DNA of 64,000 bases from the human T2T-CHM13v2.0 reference genome, Homo sapiens, in assembly GCF_009914755.1 (NCBI RefSeq), contig NC_060939.1. One strand, given 5' to 3'. Each line of letters opens with the position of its first letter. The stretch's first letter is position 1. Under the pieces are notes generated by a model that saw nothing but the letters and a program-made list of their open reading frames with translations, did not search any database and had not been told where the DNA came from. This document shows positions 18,681 to 37,397 of the stretch, piece by piece. The position numbers and the translations under genes were made by a program.

Positions 18681-19099
18681 AATCCTAGCCTGAGCAACAT
18701 GGCAAAACTCCATCTCTACAAAAAAATTCAAAACATTAGCTGGTTGTGGCAGCGTGTGACCATTATTAGAGGTCTGGTTAAGTAAAATATGGCACAATTA
18801 TATAATGGAATGTTACGAAGTTTTTAAAAAAAAAATGAATCGCAGCTTGAGCAACATGGCAAAACTCCATCTCTATTAAAAAAAAAACAAAACAACAAAA
18901 CATTAGCTGGCTGTGGTGGCGTGCACCTGTAGTCCCAGCTTGGGAGGACTGTTTGAGCCTGGGAGGTCAAGGCTGCAGTGAGCCATTAGTGTGCCACTGC
19001 ACTCCAACCTGGGTGACAGAGTGAGACCCTGTCTCAAAAAAAAAAAAAAAAAAAAACTATAATTATGACATGAACTCATGCAGACATCTTTAATATCTC

Positions 19100-19170
19100 C
19101 ATACACACATACATACACACACCACACACACACACAAATAAATAAAACACATATACACACACATTCACAT
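19100..19170. repeat. Imperfect (CA)n repeat
   Basis: Direct reading. Confidence 0.8.
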
Positions 19171-19693
19171 AAACGAATAAAATTTATATTGGAAATATTT
19201 TGGAGGAGGGGAAGGAACCTACCTTTAAAAATTTAACAAACAAGAAAGTAAATCAGTAGATTAACATATTTAATATAGGCAGACATTAAATCTGGAGTGA
19301 ATGGATTCAGGAAGAAGAGACCAAAAACAGCCTTGGATTAAAAAAACAAAAGCAGCAGCTGTTGAGTGGGAACAAACTAATGGTTTTATTGTTTGTTTTC
19401 CTAATCAGACCATCTAAAGAAAGGCATTTCAAGCTAGCTTTAGGAAGAAGCAATTTCTGGCATCTTCGATTTTGAAAAACGATCATGATCAATTAATGAC
19501 TTGTTACCTACAAGTAAAAATAAAGTTAATGCGATACAACAAAATCGAATTCTTCAAATTATAGGCTTTTCTTTAATGAAACCAAAAGTCACTGATTTAT
19601 TTATTCATCAAACTTTTGAGTGTCAATTATACCTAGACTTTAAGTTTGACTTAAGAGATCATTTTCTCTCAGAAACTACAACTTCGTACTCAC

Positions 19694-19963
19694 CAAGGTA
19701 ATAGATTCTGTCTGAATGAGGTCCATCTGGATCATTCCTCTTCACAAACATGAAATCATGTGGTGCCTTAGCCATCATGTAGCCATGATATTTTCTGGTA
19801 TCGGCAAGCAGCTTTTTAAGCTGACTCCAGGAATACCGCTCAACATAAAAAGGCTCCAATTTAGGCCGATCCTGTGATTCAATATTCTCCTCACAGTCCG
19901 CAGTTTCAAATATCTCAACACCCAGCTGTTCTGTTTCCATTGCTGCTGCCATGTTGCATTTTC
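19694..19963 (-). CDS. DPP8: DPP8 exon carrying the main start (ATG at 19952, MAAAMETEQLGVEIFETADC...SDRIYYL); the first 11 nt encode GKCN in the long isoform
   Basis: 270 nt, tttctag acceptor, gtgagt donor; ORF 19659..19994 matches the DPP8 N-terminus; ATG in strong aacATGg context. Confidence 0.97.
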
Positions 19964-21854
19964 CTAGAAAAACAAGGCACATGAAGCTGTTCACGGGTCT
20001 ATCTTCTATTATCAGAATGATTCTCTGAGAGGGTCAAAAAAAAAGCGGGGGAGTGGGGAGGGCAAGAAAAAAATGCTTTTTAGCACAGCTGCAATGAAAC
20101 TTAGTAAGAAAAGCAACAGCTCTCCCTTCTCTGTGTTCAGTTTAAAAATGAAATTAAAAAAAAATTGAGGTCAGGTCTACTTCACAGTGCCTATAAATCC
20201 CTTTGGTAGCTTTTATAAAAGGCTCTCCTTAGGTATTTCTTGCCAAAACTCCCTTTTCTTTCCCACACTGGAAGGAAACAGGCCATTTGCCAGTTGGCTG
20301 CTATGCTCCACCCAAGAGCACGTCAATAGTGAAGCTAACTCTGCCAAGGAAGCTAAGTGTTTTGCATTTTAAAAAGTAACACATTTGGTAAGTGTGGATT
20401 TTTTTCAGCTAACAGAAATAACCACAACAAATGAGAACGGTAATAAAATCGTCAAAAATAACGTGCATGTAATAACCTTCCTAGGGTACTTACCCAAGAT
20501 AATATATTGTTTCCTTTTAAATGGAAAGCCAAACAAAACACTTAACTGGCTGATGCATTTCTGAGTCTTCTGCTCTTGCTAGACATCACTATCATGATCA
20601 TTTGTGGTGACTCTACATTTTTTTTTTTTTTGAGACGGAGTCTCGCTCTGTTACCCAGACTGGAGTGCGGTGGCAAAATCTTGGCTCTTTGCAAGCTCCA
20701 CCTCCCAGGTTCACGCCATTCTCCGCCTTAGCCTCCCCAGTAGCTGGGATTACAGGCATGCACCACAACGCCCGGCTAATTTTTTGTATTTTTAGTAGAG
20801 ATGGGGTTTCACTGTGTTAGCCAGGATGGTCTTGATCTCCTGACCTTGTGATCCACCCGCCTCGGCCTCCCAAAGTGCTGGGATTACAGGCATGAGCCAC
20901 CGCGCCCAGCGTGGTGACTCTGTATTTTAAGGAAATTTACATGACTATTCTTACCAATCATACAACATATACTGATTAAATGGCAGGAAAAAAAGATACT
21001 ATCTTAAAGTGGCTTTAATTAGCTGAAGTAGTTGATACAGAAAGCATTTAATATTTGTACCAACAGTATTTTGATAAAAAGTATAAACTGGGGTTTACCG
21101 GTTCAACCCCTAAATAGTGTTTGTTAATATCTCATCTGCTGTTTATTCTTATTTCACAAATCCAGAAGTTGCATTTCTCCTTTATCTTTTCCAACATTTA
21201 ACATGAGCGAAGTACCAAATAACAAAAAGTGTTATCACAAACCAGTGTGTATTCCAACATATATTATTCATGACACTGCCAAAAAGAAGGAACATAAAAA
21301 TTCTGGGCAATCTACTCTTTTTGAACTAATAAATGTCAAAGACATGTGGACTTGGGAGATAAACTAAATTGCATTTAATTATTAACTACTTCTATAATAA
21401 TAAATACAAGGCTGTACATTTAATATATCTTTTTTAAAGCCCAAATTTGAAGGCTAACATAAATTCATAGTAACTATCACAGACTAAAAGTTATTAGCAG
21501 GTATGGATTGTGAATTAGTCCATTAAGTACACGTTACTGGCATGCCAAAGAACTGAATGAAGTGTGTGTGCAGCTTATTTTGTCTTTTTTCATGCTACAG
21601 TTACCTATGTTACCATTTTCAATATAACAGTAACAAAGTGGCCAGAAAACCTATTAGACAGTTACCAGGTATGCTTGTATCATTGTAACAAATGAGCATT
21701 CACTTTCAATGACTAAAATCCAAAACAGCTTGGCAGGGAATTAAGTCATTTAGTTCAAGGAGTATCCAGCACACTGATATTTACTGACAGTATAAGACTG
21801 TGGTGGTTATATACTATCATATGTTGTTTACTTGCCCTAATAAAAGCTAGCTAG

Positions 21855-22127
<273 letters not shown>

Positions 22128-23052
22128 TGAACTCCTGACCTCATGATCCACCCGCCTTGGCCTCCCAAAGTGCTGGGATTACAGGTGGGAGCCACCGTGC
22201 CCGGCCAACGGACCCAGTTTTATATCTAACAGACTGAGGGACAAATGAGAAAAGAACCTATACAAACTGGGCTCATTTTTCTCAACTTCTCTTGTGTTAC
22301 GTTTGGAAGTTCACCTGCAAACCAGTGCTTGCAAGAATAGGGCTGGGGAACAGAATAGGGAAGCTCAACAGAAAGACCTCCTCCCAAGCCTTACTGTCCA
22401 GTTTATTTTTTTTAGACAAGTCTCACTGTTGCCCAAGCTGCAGTGCAGTGGTACAGCCTTGAACTCCTGGAATCAGAGGATCCTTATGCCTCAGCCTCCT
22501 GAGCAGCTAAGACCACAGGAATGCATCACCATGCCTGGCTAATTTTTTAAAACTTTTTTGTAGAGATGGGGGTCTCACTATGTTGTACAGGCTGGGATTA
22601 TAGGTGTGAGTCACCGGGCCTGGCCATGCCCAGCTTCTTATTATTCACGTCACATCTTTCTTATGCAAAATGTACATTAGCTTACATTTAAATTATCTGG
22701 TATTCCTGAATCGTACTAAGCCCTGGACACTCTATGCATACACATGCATACTTGCGTGTACATGTACAAACATTGTACAGTCCAAATGATGGTCTCCTAT
22801 TCTGTAAGTTCACAGCAAATGTCCATCCTGCATTTCTAAAATATACCTGATATTATATAATATTGGTAATCTGTGCAGATGTTTGGTAAATGACTTAATT
22901 CCTGATTATATACAAACACATTCTCAAAATAGGTGACCTGAATTTTCTAATGTCAAAAATAGGAAAATAGGGTCAGTGTACCTTCTCAGCACAGTGCATA
23001 TATTTCACTGCCCCACCTACCTCGTCACTTAAGTAGTTTCCCTGGTGCCTAC

Positions 23053-23089
23053 CTGATTTTATTTTCATCTGCTCAGATCTCTTCCACAT
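23053..23089 (-). CDS. DPP8: Coding part of alternative DPP8 exon giving the long-isoform N-terminus MWKRSEQMKIKS(G)
   Basis: ATG TGG AAG AGA TCT GAG CAG ATG AAA ATA AAA TCA G|gtaggc; phase 1 joins GA AAA TGC AAC ATG of the next exon; matches the recalled long DPP8 N-terminus. 5' boundary of the exon not determined. Confidence 0.85.
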
Positions 23090-24579
23090 TCAAAGAGATC
23101 TTTTTCAAGTGACTCGACTTCAAGCATAGAATCCCTCTGCTCATCCTGCTCTTCTCACAGGAATCTTTCCTTTCCTCACCATCAAAGCCTGCTCACCAGG
23201 ATAATGAAATAAGATAAGACTTTGATCATTAAGATGGACCATATGTGGCCAAAAAGAGAAGCCCCAAAATAGTAGTTAAAACTGATACCAAAATATCACT
23301 TTTTGGGGCAATATATAATGCCTACATTATTTTGTATCTGCGTTTTATGTTATCAGAATTCAAGAATTATTTTATTTCAGAGATGTGTAGCCCAATATAG
23401 TCAAAAGAATATCCTAACATAGCAAACTTTGGTGTCCAGACAAAGGAAAACCATGGAAAGGCTTTAAAAAGTTACAAAAGGCATACAGATGTGAAGTTAC
23501 TCAGTGACTATTGCAAATCATCAAAAACGGCATATGATTAATAAAATTTATTTTTATGTGCCTATTCCTGTTCCTCTTTTACATAATAATGTCATATCAA
23601 GCTGGATGGAGATAGAATTAACTCAGGAGGATAGCCAGTAAGAGTTACAGGCCATTTTTGCAGAAAGGGAATTAACTTGAATTTAATAACTTAAGACTTT
23701 TCACGAGATAAACAATTTTCTATTCATCTTAAGTGCATTCCATTTTCTTGCTGCATTACTCTGAGAATAATTTAAATAGGTAACTTTTCTGGAAAAAGAA
23801 GCATTAAACTTGTTGAAATTCTGGCTTAGGAAAAAAAAAAAAAGGAAGGTCTGCTATTACATCTGTTACTCTATAAGTTTTAATTTTGGGCTCCCATAGC
23901 CCAAGTAGGTGATGAAGGGATGGGGTGGGAAAAGCTAAGTGGCAAGTGCAGGAAAAACAGCGAGGTTACGCCAGCACAGCAACAATGGACTAAGATGTCA
24001 AGACACCTCATAGCACTAAGCCCCTCACTCAGAAATAGAGCATGTTGACTCAGAAAATAGCTTTAGGACTCTTGAGTTTGGATCCACTCAAGTGAAATTC
24101 CTTAATTTTTAACTCAAGGGCCAAACAGCCGTCCACTTAAACACCTAAAGCCTCACTGAAGCCTAGCTATCTCATTCTTTAGGGTCCACACCTAGTTGAG
24201 AGATTCAATAGCACAGAGGGGGCAAAGACCTTGAAAAACTATGAATGAGGAACAAGAGGAGAGGCATAGCAGAGAATATTGAGAAGAGAGATGGGAGGAA
24301 TGCCAAGTCTTAGAAGAAAAGTGTGTGAGAAGACAGGTGTGGCAGGAAAGGAAAGTGTCCTGCTGCGAGTGGGTGGAACAGAATGGGAGAGGGCAGTGAG
24401 CAGGGAGGGAATCGACCTAGCATGAGGCAGGAGAGAAAAAAGACCACCAGCTGAAAAACCAGAAAATCTGAGGCCGAAGCCCATCTGCCAAGTCGGACTT
24501 AAGGAAAATCCCTTCGCCTCTGTGGGCTTCCGTTTCCTCATCTGTAAGCGCTGACAATACCCGGCCTCCCAACCCCAGC

Positions 24580-25310
24580 GAGACTCAATTAAGATAACGG
24601 ACGTGGAAGCCAGGAGGCCAGCGCCCAGAGCTCAAGGGGCGCCCAGTGAACGGTGGTTGACTCGGAATCTCAGAGCCTCGGCTTCCTCTTCCGGCAAGTG
24701 GGGGGGAGGGGGGAAGGGCACCACCGGCTCTGCACTGGGCAGGGCTGCGCGCCGGGTAAACCGCAAAGCGCGCTGACCCTGAGAACGCGCCGAGCAGTCC
24801 CTCCGTGAGGCGGAAAGGGCCTGGTGAGCCGTGGCCCAGGCCTCGCCGGCGCAGGAGAAGGAGAAGGGGGCGGATACTGCACCTTCCCCCCGGCCCCGCC
24901 CGGACCGTCCCGACGTGCGCTATGGAGCGGGCCTGCGCCGCTTCATGCTGCGCCGCCTCCACTCCGGTCCTGGTTGCAGTGGCTTCCTCGGCGGCGGCGC
25001 CGGTGACAACCCAGGCGGCGAACGCGGCACTAAGAAGCAGCGGCGGCAGTAGCAGCGGCCTTGGCCTCGGAGGCTTTAGCACTTCCGGTTCGTTGCGATC
25101 CGCTTTCCGACTGGCGAAGGCGCAGCCGGGCCAAGAAGGGCGCCGCTGTCTGCTGGGTGGGGTCCAACACCACAGCGCAGTCTAGTGGCCGGAGGAGCCA
25201 AGGAGGCGCGGGGTGGAGACTGGGCCGAGCAGGGGATAGAGATGAACTCCAGAAAGGAACAGCGACTTGCTGAAAGTCACAGGGCAAAATGTGGCGCGTC
25301 TGTAGTCAAT
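24580..25310. promoter_or_regulatory. CpG island / DPP8 promoter
   Basis: High GC and CpG density, no obvious TATA; perfect ETS/GABPA-type ACCGGAAGTG (25080-25089, minus), GC boxes (GGGGCGG), GACTACA core at 25301-25307. Confidence 0.9.
24883..25083 (-). other. DPP8: DPP8 non-coding exon 1 (5' UTR)
   Basis: GC-rich segment in the CpG island ending ...ggggggaag|gtgcag; joining it to GAAAATGCAACATGG reproduces the DPP8 mRNA leader as I recall it; TSS approximate. Confidence 0.75.
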
Positions 25311-25755
25311 AAATAATATATATTGAGTGCCTGCTCAAAATAGACAAAATTCCTGTCCATGTGCCAGGCAGAGAGAGCCTTAGACGCTGGGAGCAAACCA
25401 GGGTAAATCCCTCCCCTTTCAACGAGATGATATTGAGGAAAGAGACTAGGGCCTTGGAGATCTAAGCGTCTTCTTGTGGTGGAAAGAAATCTGAACCTGG
25501 AGTCCGAAACTTGGCTCTAATATTAACTAGCGATCTTTCAGCAGGTCACTCAATCTATTTGAGCCATAATTTCTTTACCTCTAAAAGGGATATAATACAT
25601 TTCACTTAATTGCAATTAAAGAAAACCAGCTGGGCGTGGAGGCTCACGCCTGTAATACCACACTTTGGGAGGCCGAGGCAGGCGGATCACTTGAGGTCAG
25701 GAGTTCGAGACCAGCCTGGCCAACATGGCGAAACCCCATCTCTACAAAAAATTCA

Positions 25756-25968
<213 letters not shown>

Positions 25969-26702
25969 CTAGGGGAAAGAAGTGAATGACTTGTTATAAT
26001 CAGAGCCAGAGGCAGGTCCCTTGACCTGCAATTTCTTTCCTGGTCTACACTGTATATTGGCTGAGAAAAAGGGAACTCAGGAAGATATCCAGGAAAGTAG
26101 CAGGTGTACAACAAAACTGTGCAAAAGCGGGGCCTCCCCTATTTTCTATTATTACAAAGAACAATGTGTCAGAGTCGTGTGTCATTAGGATTTATTATAA
26201 TAGCACTAATAAAAAATCCATTTGGGTACTATGCTCCACTCCACAGTATATAATTATTCACTCTGAGGTTAAATGAGCCTTCCCTCAGGCTTTTTAAAGT
26301 TGAGCTCCCTTAAAAAAAAAAAAAAAAAGGCAAAGTCATTTTCCTTGGGTCTCTTCTATTAATTTTCTCCAAATGACCTGAGAGCAGATTTTAAAGGCTT
26401 TAAATGCACACACAAACACACACACACACAAAATACAGAGAAATATCTTGCACTTCATTAATTCAACAAGTGTTTGCTGAATCTCTGCCTTGTACCTGTC
26501 ACTGTTTTAAGCAGCGGGGCCACAATAGTGAACAAAGTAGATAAAGCCCCTGTTTTCATGCAGTTTATAGCCTAATAAGAAGAGATAGAGCCCCCTCCCC
26601 GCAAAAGCAAACAATTAAAAATATATAATTTCATGCATTTAAAAAAAGAGCCATGGACAGATAAAATACTTGCTTATATCACATAGCTAATTATATATTT
26701 GA

Positions 26703-26942
<240 letters not shown>

Positions 26943-27079
26943 TAGCCAGGATGGTCTTGATCTCCTGACTTCGTGATCTGCCCGCCTCGGCCTCCCAAAG
27001 TGCTGGGATTACAGGCGTGAGCCACCGCGCCCGGCCAGAGTTCTTGATTTTTATTCTTATTTTCAAACCCTGAGAAAGC

Positions 27080-28883
<1,804 letters not shown>

Positions 28884-29384
28884 AACCCTAGCTGGCTTTC
28901 TTTGCCCTGCACTCTAGGGACCCATCAGGAAAAGACAAGTTATCTAGCACATGAGGTGTGATGAGATAGCACGGCCGGGGTGATGCAAAACCATCTGTAT
29001 CTAGCAGTGGGTATTATCATCAACAAATATGTTTTAAACATCTACTTTCTGAAGCACATTGTGTTAGATACTACAGGATACCAAAAGGAGGTAATCTGTG
29101 CTCTATTGAGGTTTATAATCTCGGTGAGAAAAAAGATCATAAGCATGTAGTACATACACTAACAGCCATTGATTATAGGATATGGTGGGTCTACAGTTTC
29201 TTTTTCCACTTCCCCCCATACTTTCCCCCTTTTCAGGGTGTAGTTCAAACCAAACTGTAATAAGAAAAAAAGAAGGCGGGCACAGTGGCTCATGCCTGCG
29301 GTTCCAGCCCTTTGGGAGACTGAGGCAGAAGGATGGCTTGAGCCCAGGAGTTCGAAACCAGCCTGGGAAAAGTAGTGAGACTCA

Positions 29385-29998
<614 letters not shown>

Positions 29999-30429
29999 TC
30001 AAAAAAAAAAAAAGAAAAGAAAGAAAAGCACAGAAATTAGCCTGGCGTGGTGGCGGCATCTGTAGTCCCAGCTCCTCGGAAGGATCACTTGAGCCCTGGA
30101 GGTCATGGCTGCAGTGAGCTGTGATCACACCACTAATCTGGGTGACAGAGCAAGACTCTGTCTCAAAAAAAAAAAAAAAAAAAGAAAAGGAAAGAAAGAA
30201 AAGAAAAGAAAAAAAGTCTTTCCCTCTGATTTTCTTTTTCATATTTAAGTTTTTATTTATGTACTTAATTTATTTTGAAACAAAGTCTTGCACCATTGCC
30301 CAGGCTAGAGTACAGTGGTATGATCATAGCTCACTACAGCCTTGAACTGGGCTCAAGTAATCCTCTGGCCGGAACCTCCTGAGTAGCTGGAACTACAGGC
30401 ATGCACCAACACACCTGGCTAATTTTTAA

Positions 30430-31058
<629 letters not shown>

Positions 31059-31431
31059 TGAGGCAGGCAGATTACTAGAAGTCAGGAGTTTGAGACCAGC
31101 CTGGCCAACATGGTGAAACTCTGTCTCTACTAAAAATAGAAAAAAATTAAGGCCGGGCACGGTGGCTGTAGTCCCAGCCTTTGGGAGGCTGAAGCAGTTG
31201 GATCACCTGAGGTCAGGAGTTCGAGACCAGCCTGGCCAACACGGTGAAACCCCATCTCTACTAAAAATACAAAAAATTGGGCTGGGCACAGTGGCTCACG
31301 CCTGTAATCCCAGCACTTTGGGGGGCCGAGGCGGGTGGATCACGAAGTCAAGAGATGGAGACCATCCTGGCCAATGTGGTGAAACCCCGTCTCTACTAAA
31401 AATACAAAAATTAGCTGGGCGCAGTGGCTCA

Positions 31432-31870
<439 letters not shown>

Positions 31871-31907
31871 CTAAAAAAAAAAAAAAAAGAAAGAAAGAAA
31901 AGAAAAT

Positions 31908-32835
31908 GAGACTTTATTTTCTATAAAGGGTTACAGCTTGTAAGGTGACCGTGCTGATAGGCTGGGAAGTGTAGCCTCTCGTAAAGACCAGAGTCAGGTA
32001 CTTTGAAGGATGAAGGGGTGGGACAGGAGCTTTATGCTGAATAGATTGGCTAAACATACATATGCAACAGGTTATAGGAGGAGGTATGAATATTCATGAA
32101 GGTGGTCCTGAAGCACGAATATTGAAGAAACATGTATGTTACATATGACCCATGTTCACCTTGCAGTGGAGACTTAACACTTAAATGTATTACAATTTGA
32201 CCTATATGTCAAAAGGTCTTTTCAGGACACAAAGGCACTCAAATGTACAGCCTCTGTAAACTAGACAGAACTCGTCCGTGGTTGATAGTCTTCTTATCAG
32301 CAGAAGGTTACTGAAATAAGTCTCTTGTCCAATCAAAGCTATAGTTATGGCTTGTGGAACAAGGGGTCAGTTGGCCAGTGTCTGGTGAGGGGTAAGCTAG
32401 AAATTTTAATATTGATTATCTTAAGGCTAGTGCTTGTTTAGCTGCTAGAGAAAGAAAAACCTTGTGGCAGTTAAACATGGTTTATTCTTTAAGTGTAGGG
32501 GTGTGTGACTTAACTCTTGCCTAGCATGGCTTTAGGTCTTATTTATAATTTGGTATCATATTGCCACAAAGAGTCCGTTCCATCAGTCTTTAAACACATT
32601 ATTTTTTATTATTTTTTGTTGTTGTTCCATCAGTCTTATGCTCTCTATTTTCACATTAATGCTGGTCAGTTGTTGTGTCTCAACCGCAAAAGGGAGGGGG
32701 TATAAGGAGGCATATGTGACCTCCCATCCCGTCATGACCTGGAACTCAGTTTTTAAGGTTTTTCTGGTGTCCCCTTGGCCAAGAAGGGGTCTGCTCAGTC
32801 AATTGTGAGGCTTAGGATTTCATTTTTAGTTCACA
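31908..32835. mobile_element. ERV1-class solo LTR (MER4 group, MER49-like)
   Basis: ~925 bp with recognisable MER4-group LTR motifs, ending aggatttcatttttagttcaca; subfamily tentative. Confidence 0.65.
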
Positions 32836-34254
32836 CTTCTGAACTGTGGATTGACAGGTAGAGGGGAAGGTTTTCCCAGTAAAGATGGCCTACAATACCC
32901 ATTCTCCAGGCAGAGTTGGGAGGCTACATGTGTATGATCTGGCTGTGGAGGATTCCCCATTAGATACCTGCACTGATCCAGTCAGTCTCCCTCTCCACAC
33001 TTAGCTTTGTACCATCTAGAGAAACCTGACTTTGCTCAGGGATAACTGGCTGGGTGACCCTGGGTGGTTTGAATCCAGCCAAATTCTACAGCTCATTTTC
33101 TAAAACCTCTTCCAGAATAGAAGATTTTATACATAGATAACAACAAGGATGTGTATGACCCCTTGCCAAAGGCAGGAAATCAGCCTTCAGCCCTGGGAAT
33201 GAGCTTAATCCATGGCAAGTACTCAGCAAATGCTTCCTGTAGTTAGTGGTGACTATTCTCTGAGAAGGGAGAGCTGGCCCTTGGCCAAATGAGGCTGGGA
33301 AGGCTGCATCTAGAAGGTAGGACAAAAAGACAAGGCTAAATTTGCATTTTCATTTGACCGATAGTATCATAAAACTCTTAGCCCTACCTATTTCAGCTTG
33401 GCACTGCCACTTGGCTCTGCCTTTTAATCTCCCCTGCCACCTTCCAGCGTATTTTGGTTTGCTTTTTTTTTTTTGAGACAAGGTTTTGCTCTGTTGTCCA
33501 GGCTGGAGTGCATCGGTGCCATCACAGTTCACTGCATCTCTGACCTTCCAAGCTTAAGAGATCCTCCCAGCCTCCTTAGTAGCTAGGACTACAGGCACAT
33601 GCCACCGTACCTGGCTAATTTTTAAAATTTTTTCTAGAGATGGGGTCTCACTGTTTTGCCCAGGCTGGTCTCGAACTCTTAAACTCAAGCGATCCTCCCA
33701 CCTCAGCCTCCCAAAGCATTGGGATTACAGCATAAGCCACCATGTCCAGCCCCACCCTGGAGTTTTATAGTTCACCAGAATGATACTCTTTCTTCTCTCC
33801 ATTTCTATTTTTTTTCTTGTTAGATTTCTCTTGCAGAGAGGGGTCCATAATAGTGGGGTCTCTTTGCAGAAAAATTTAGAAACAGCTGATAAGAGCATTA
33901 GAGGGAACCAAATCCAACTCATCAAATTTACCTAATTTGATGAATGTGGAAACTCAGGCCTAAAGAAGTCATTTTGCAGTATGTTACTAGTGGTCAAACC
34001 AGGCTGGATAGGCCCACTTCCACTGGACCTTTCTTATGAAGCATCTGAGGCAAAATGCCAACATTCAGTCTTCTTCTATATCAATAGCTTTCACCTTGGT
34101 AGAAGTCAGCTGATAAGCCTCAGGTTTCAAATACGCTGAATTAAAATTATTCTATTTTTTATTACCCACCTACCAGGATGGCTAAAATTAAAAACATTGG
34201 CTGGGGGTGGGGGTGGTGCTGGAAAAAAAAAATTAGGCTGGGTGCTGTGGCTCA

Positions 34255-35700
<1,446 letters not shown>

Positions 35701-36195
35701 CATATTGCATCTGCATTGTAGTAAACACAATACAATAAAATACCTTTATCATAAAAAATATTTTATCGTTAAAATTCAAGACTGTCAACGTCACTGCTTT
35801 CATCAACTCATTCTTGGCAGATTGCATTGGTCTCCCATTGCTTTGCCTACTACCAATTCCTCCTCCTCTCTGACAGGTCTTTCTTGCTGAGCACATTTGA
35901 TTTTACTAATCTCCAGGTTAACAAACTTCCTTGGCTCCCATGTGTCTGTGGGATACAGTATAGGCACCTCAGTGAAGCAAACAAAGACTTTCCTAATGCA
36001 CCCTCTGCCTTTCCAGATTCAGGGCGACCTCTCTCCTCTATGCCTTTAATCCCTAGCAGCAGAACCTCCTTCCACAACCCTCTCTCTTTTTTAAATTTTA
36101 AGACAGGGCCTCACACTGTCACCCAAGCTGGAGTGCAGTGGCGCGATCTCGCCTCCTGGGCTTAAGCAATTCTCCCACCCTAGCCTCCCGAGTAG

Positions 36196-36381
<186 letters not shown>

Positions 36382-36882
36382 TGAACGAAGCAAGCGCCCT
36401 GTGCTTCCACGGCCTACCTGGTTCTTACTCAGTCAAATTCCTACTCGCATTTCACCATCCCGTTCTCAAGGGTTGGCTCTCAAATGTCTGACAATGGTTC
36501 CCACGGCCCTCAGTTCCTATCATCATAAACTCTTTGTGAGCTCAGCACATTCATTATATGAAAACTCTCTATATTTTATTCTGTCCACTCTTGAGCTAAA
36601 TGTTTCCAGAGAGCTAGCAGAATTTGTTTTCAGCGTTAGATCCCTCTGCTAAACAAACGGGTGCTAATAGAATCACTTTGCTAAATAAATGGGAGCTAAC
36701 AGGATTGAATATGAGTTCCATTTTTGTCCCAGAGTTCTAGTTTTCATATAAATATTTCTTCCCATTAAATTCTTCTCTGCAGAAGAACTTGGGGATGAAA
36801 CCCGATACAGACAAGACAGCTTAAGTAAGACATAAATGAGTGTTGTCTCTAGTTTGAGTTTCCTATTTTTTTGAGACAGTCT

Positions 36883-37397
<515 letters not shown>

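Noticed and set aside
24585-25287. Overlapping 60-165 aa ORFs in the DPP8 CpG island (likewise 37562-38690 at HACD3)
   Set aside because: Expected stop-codon scarcity in GC-rich DNA; low-complexity products; only 38048-38134 fits a real exon
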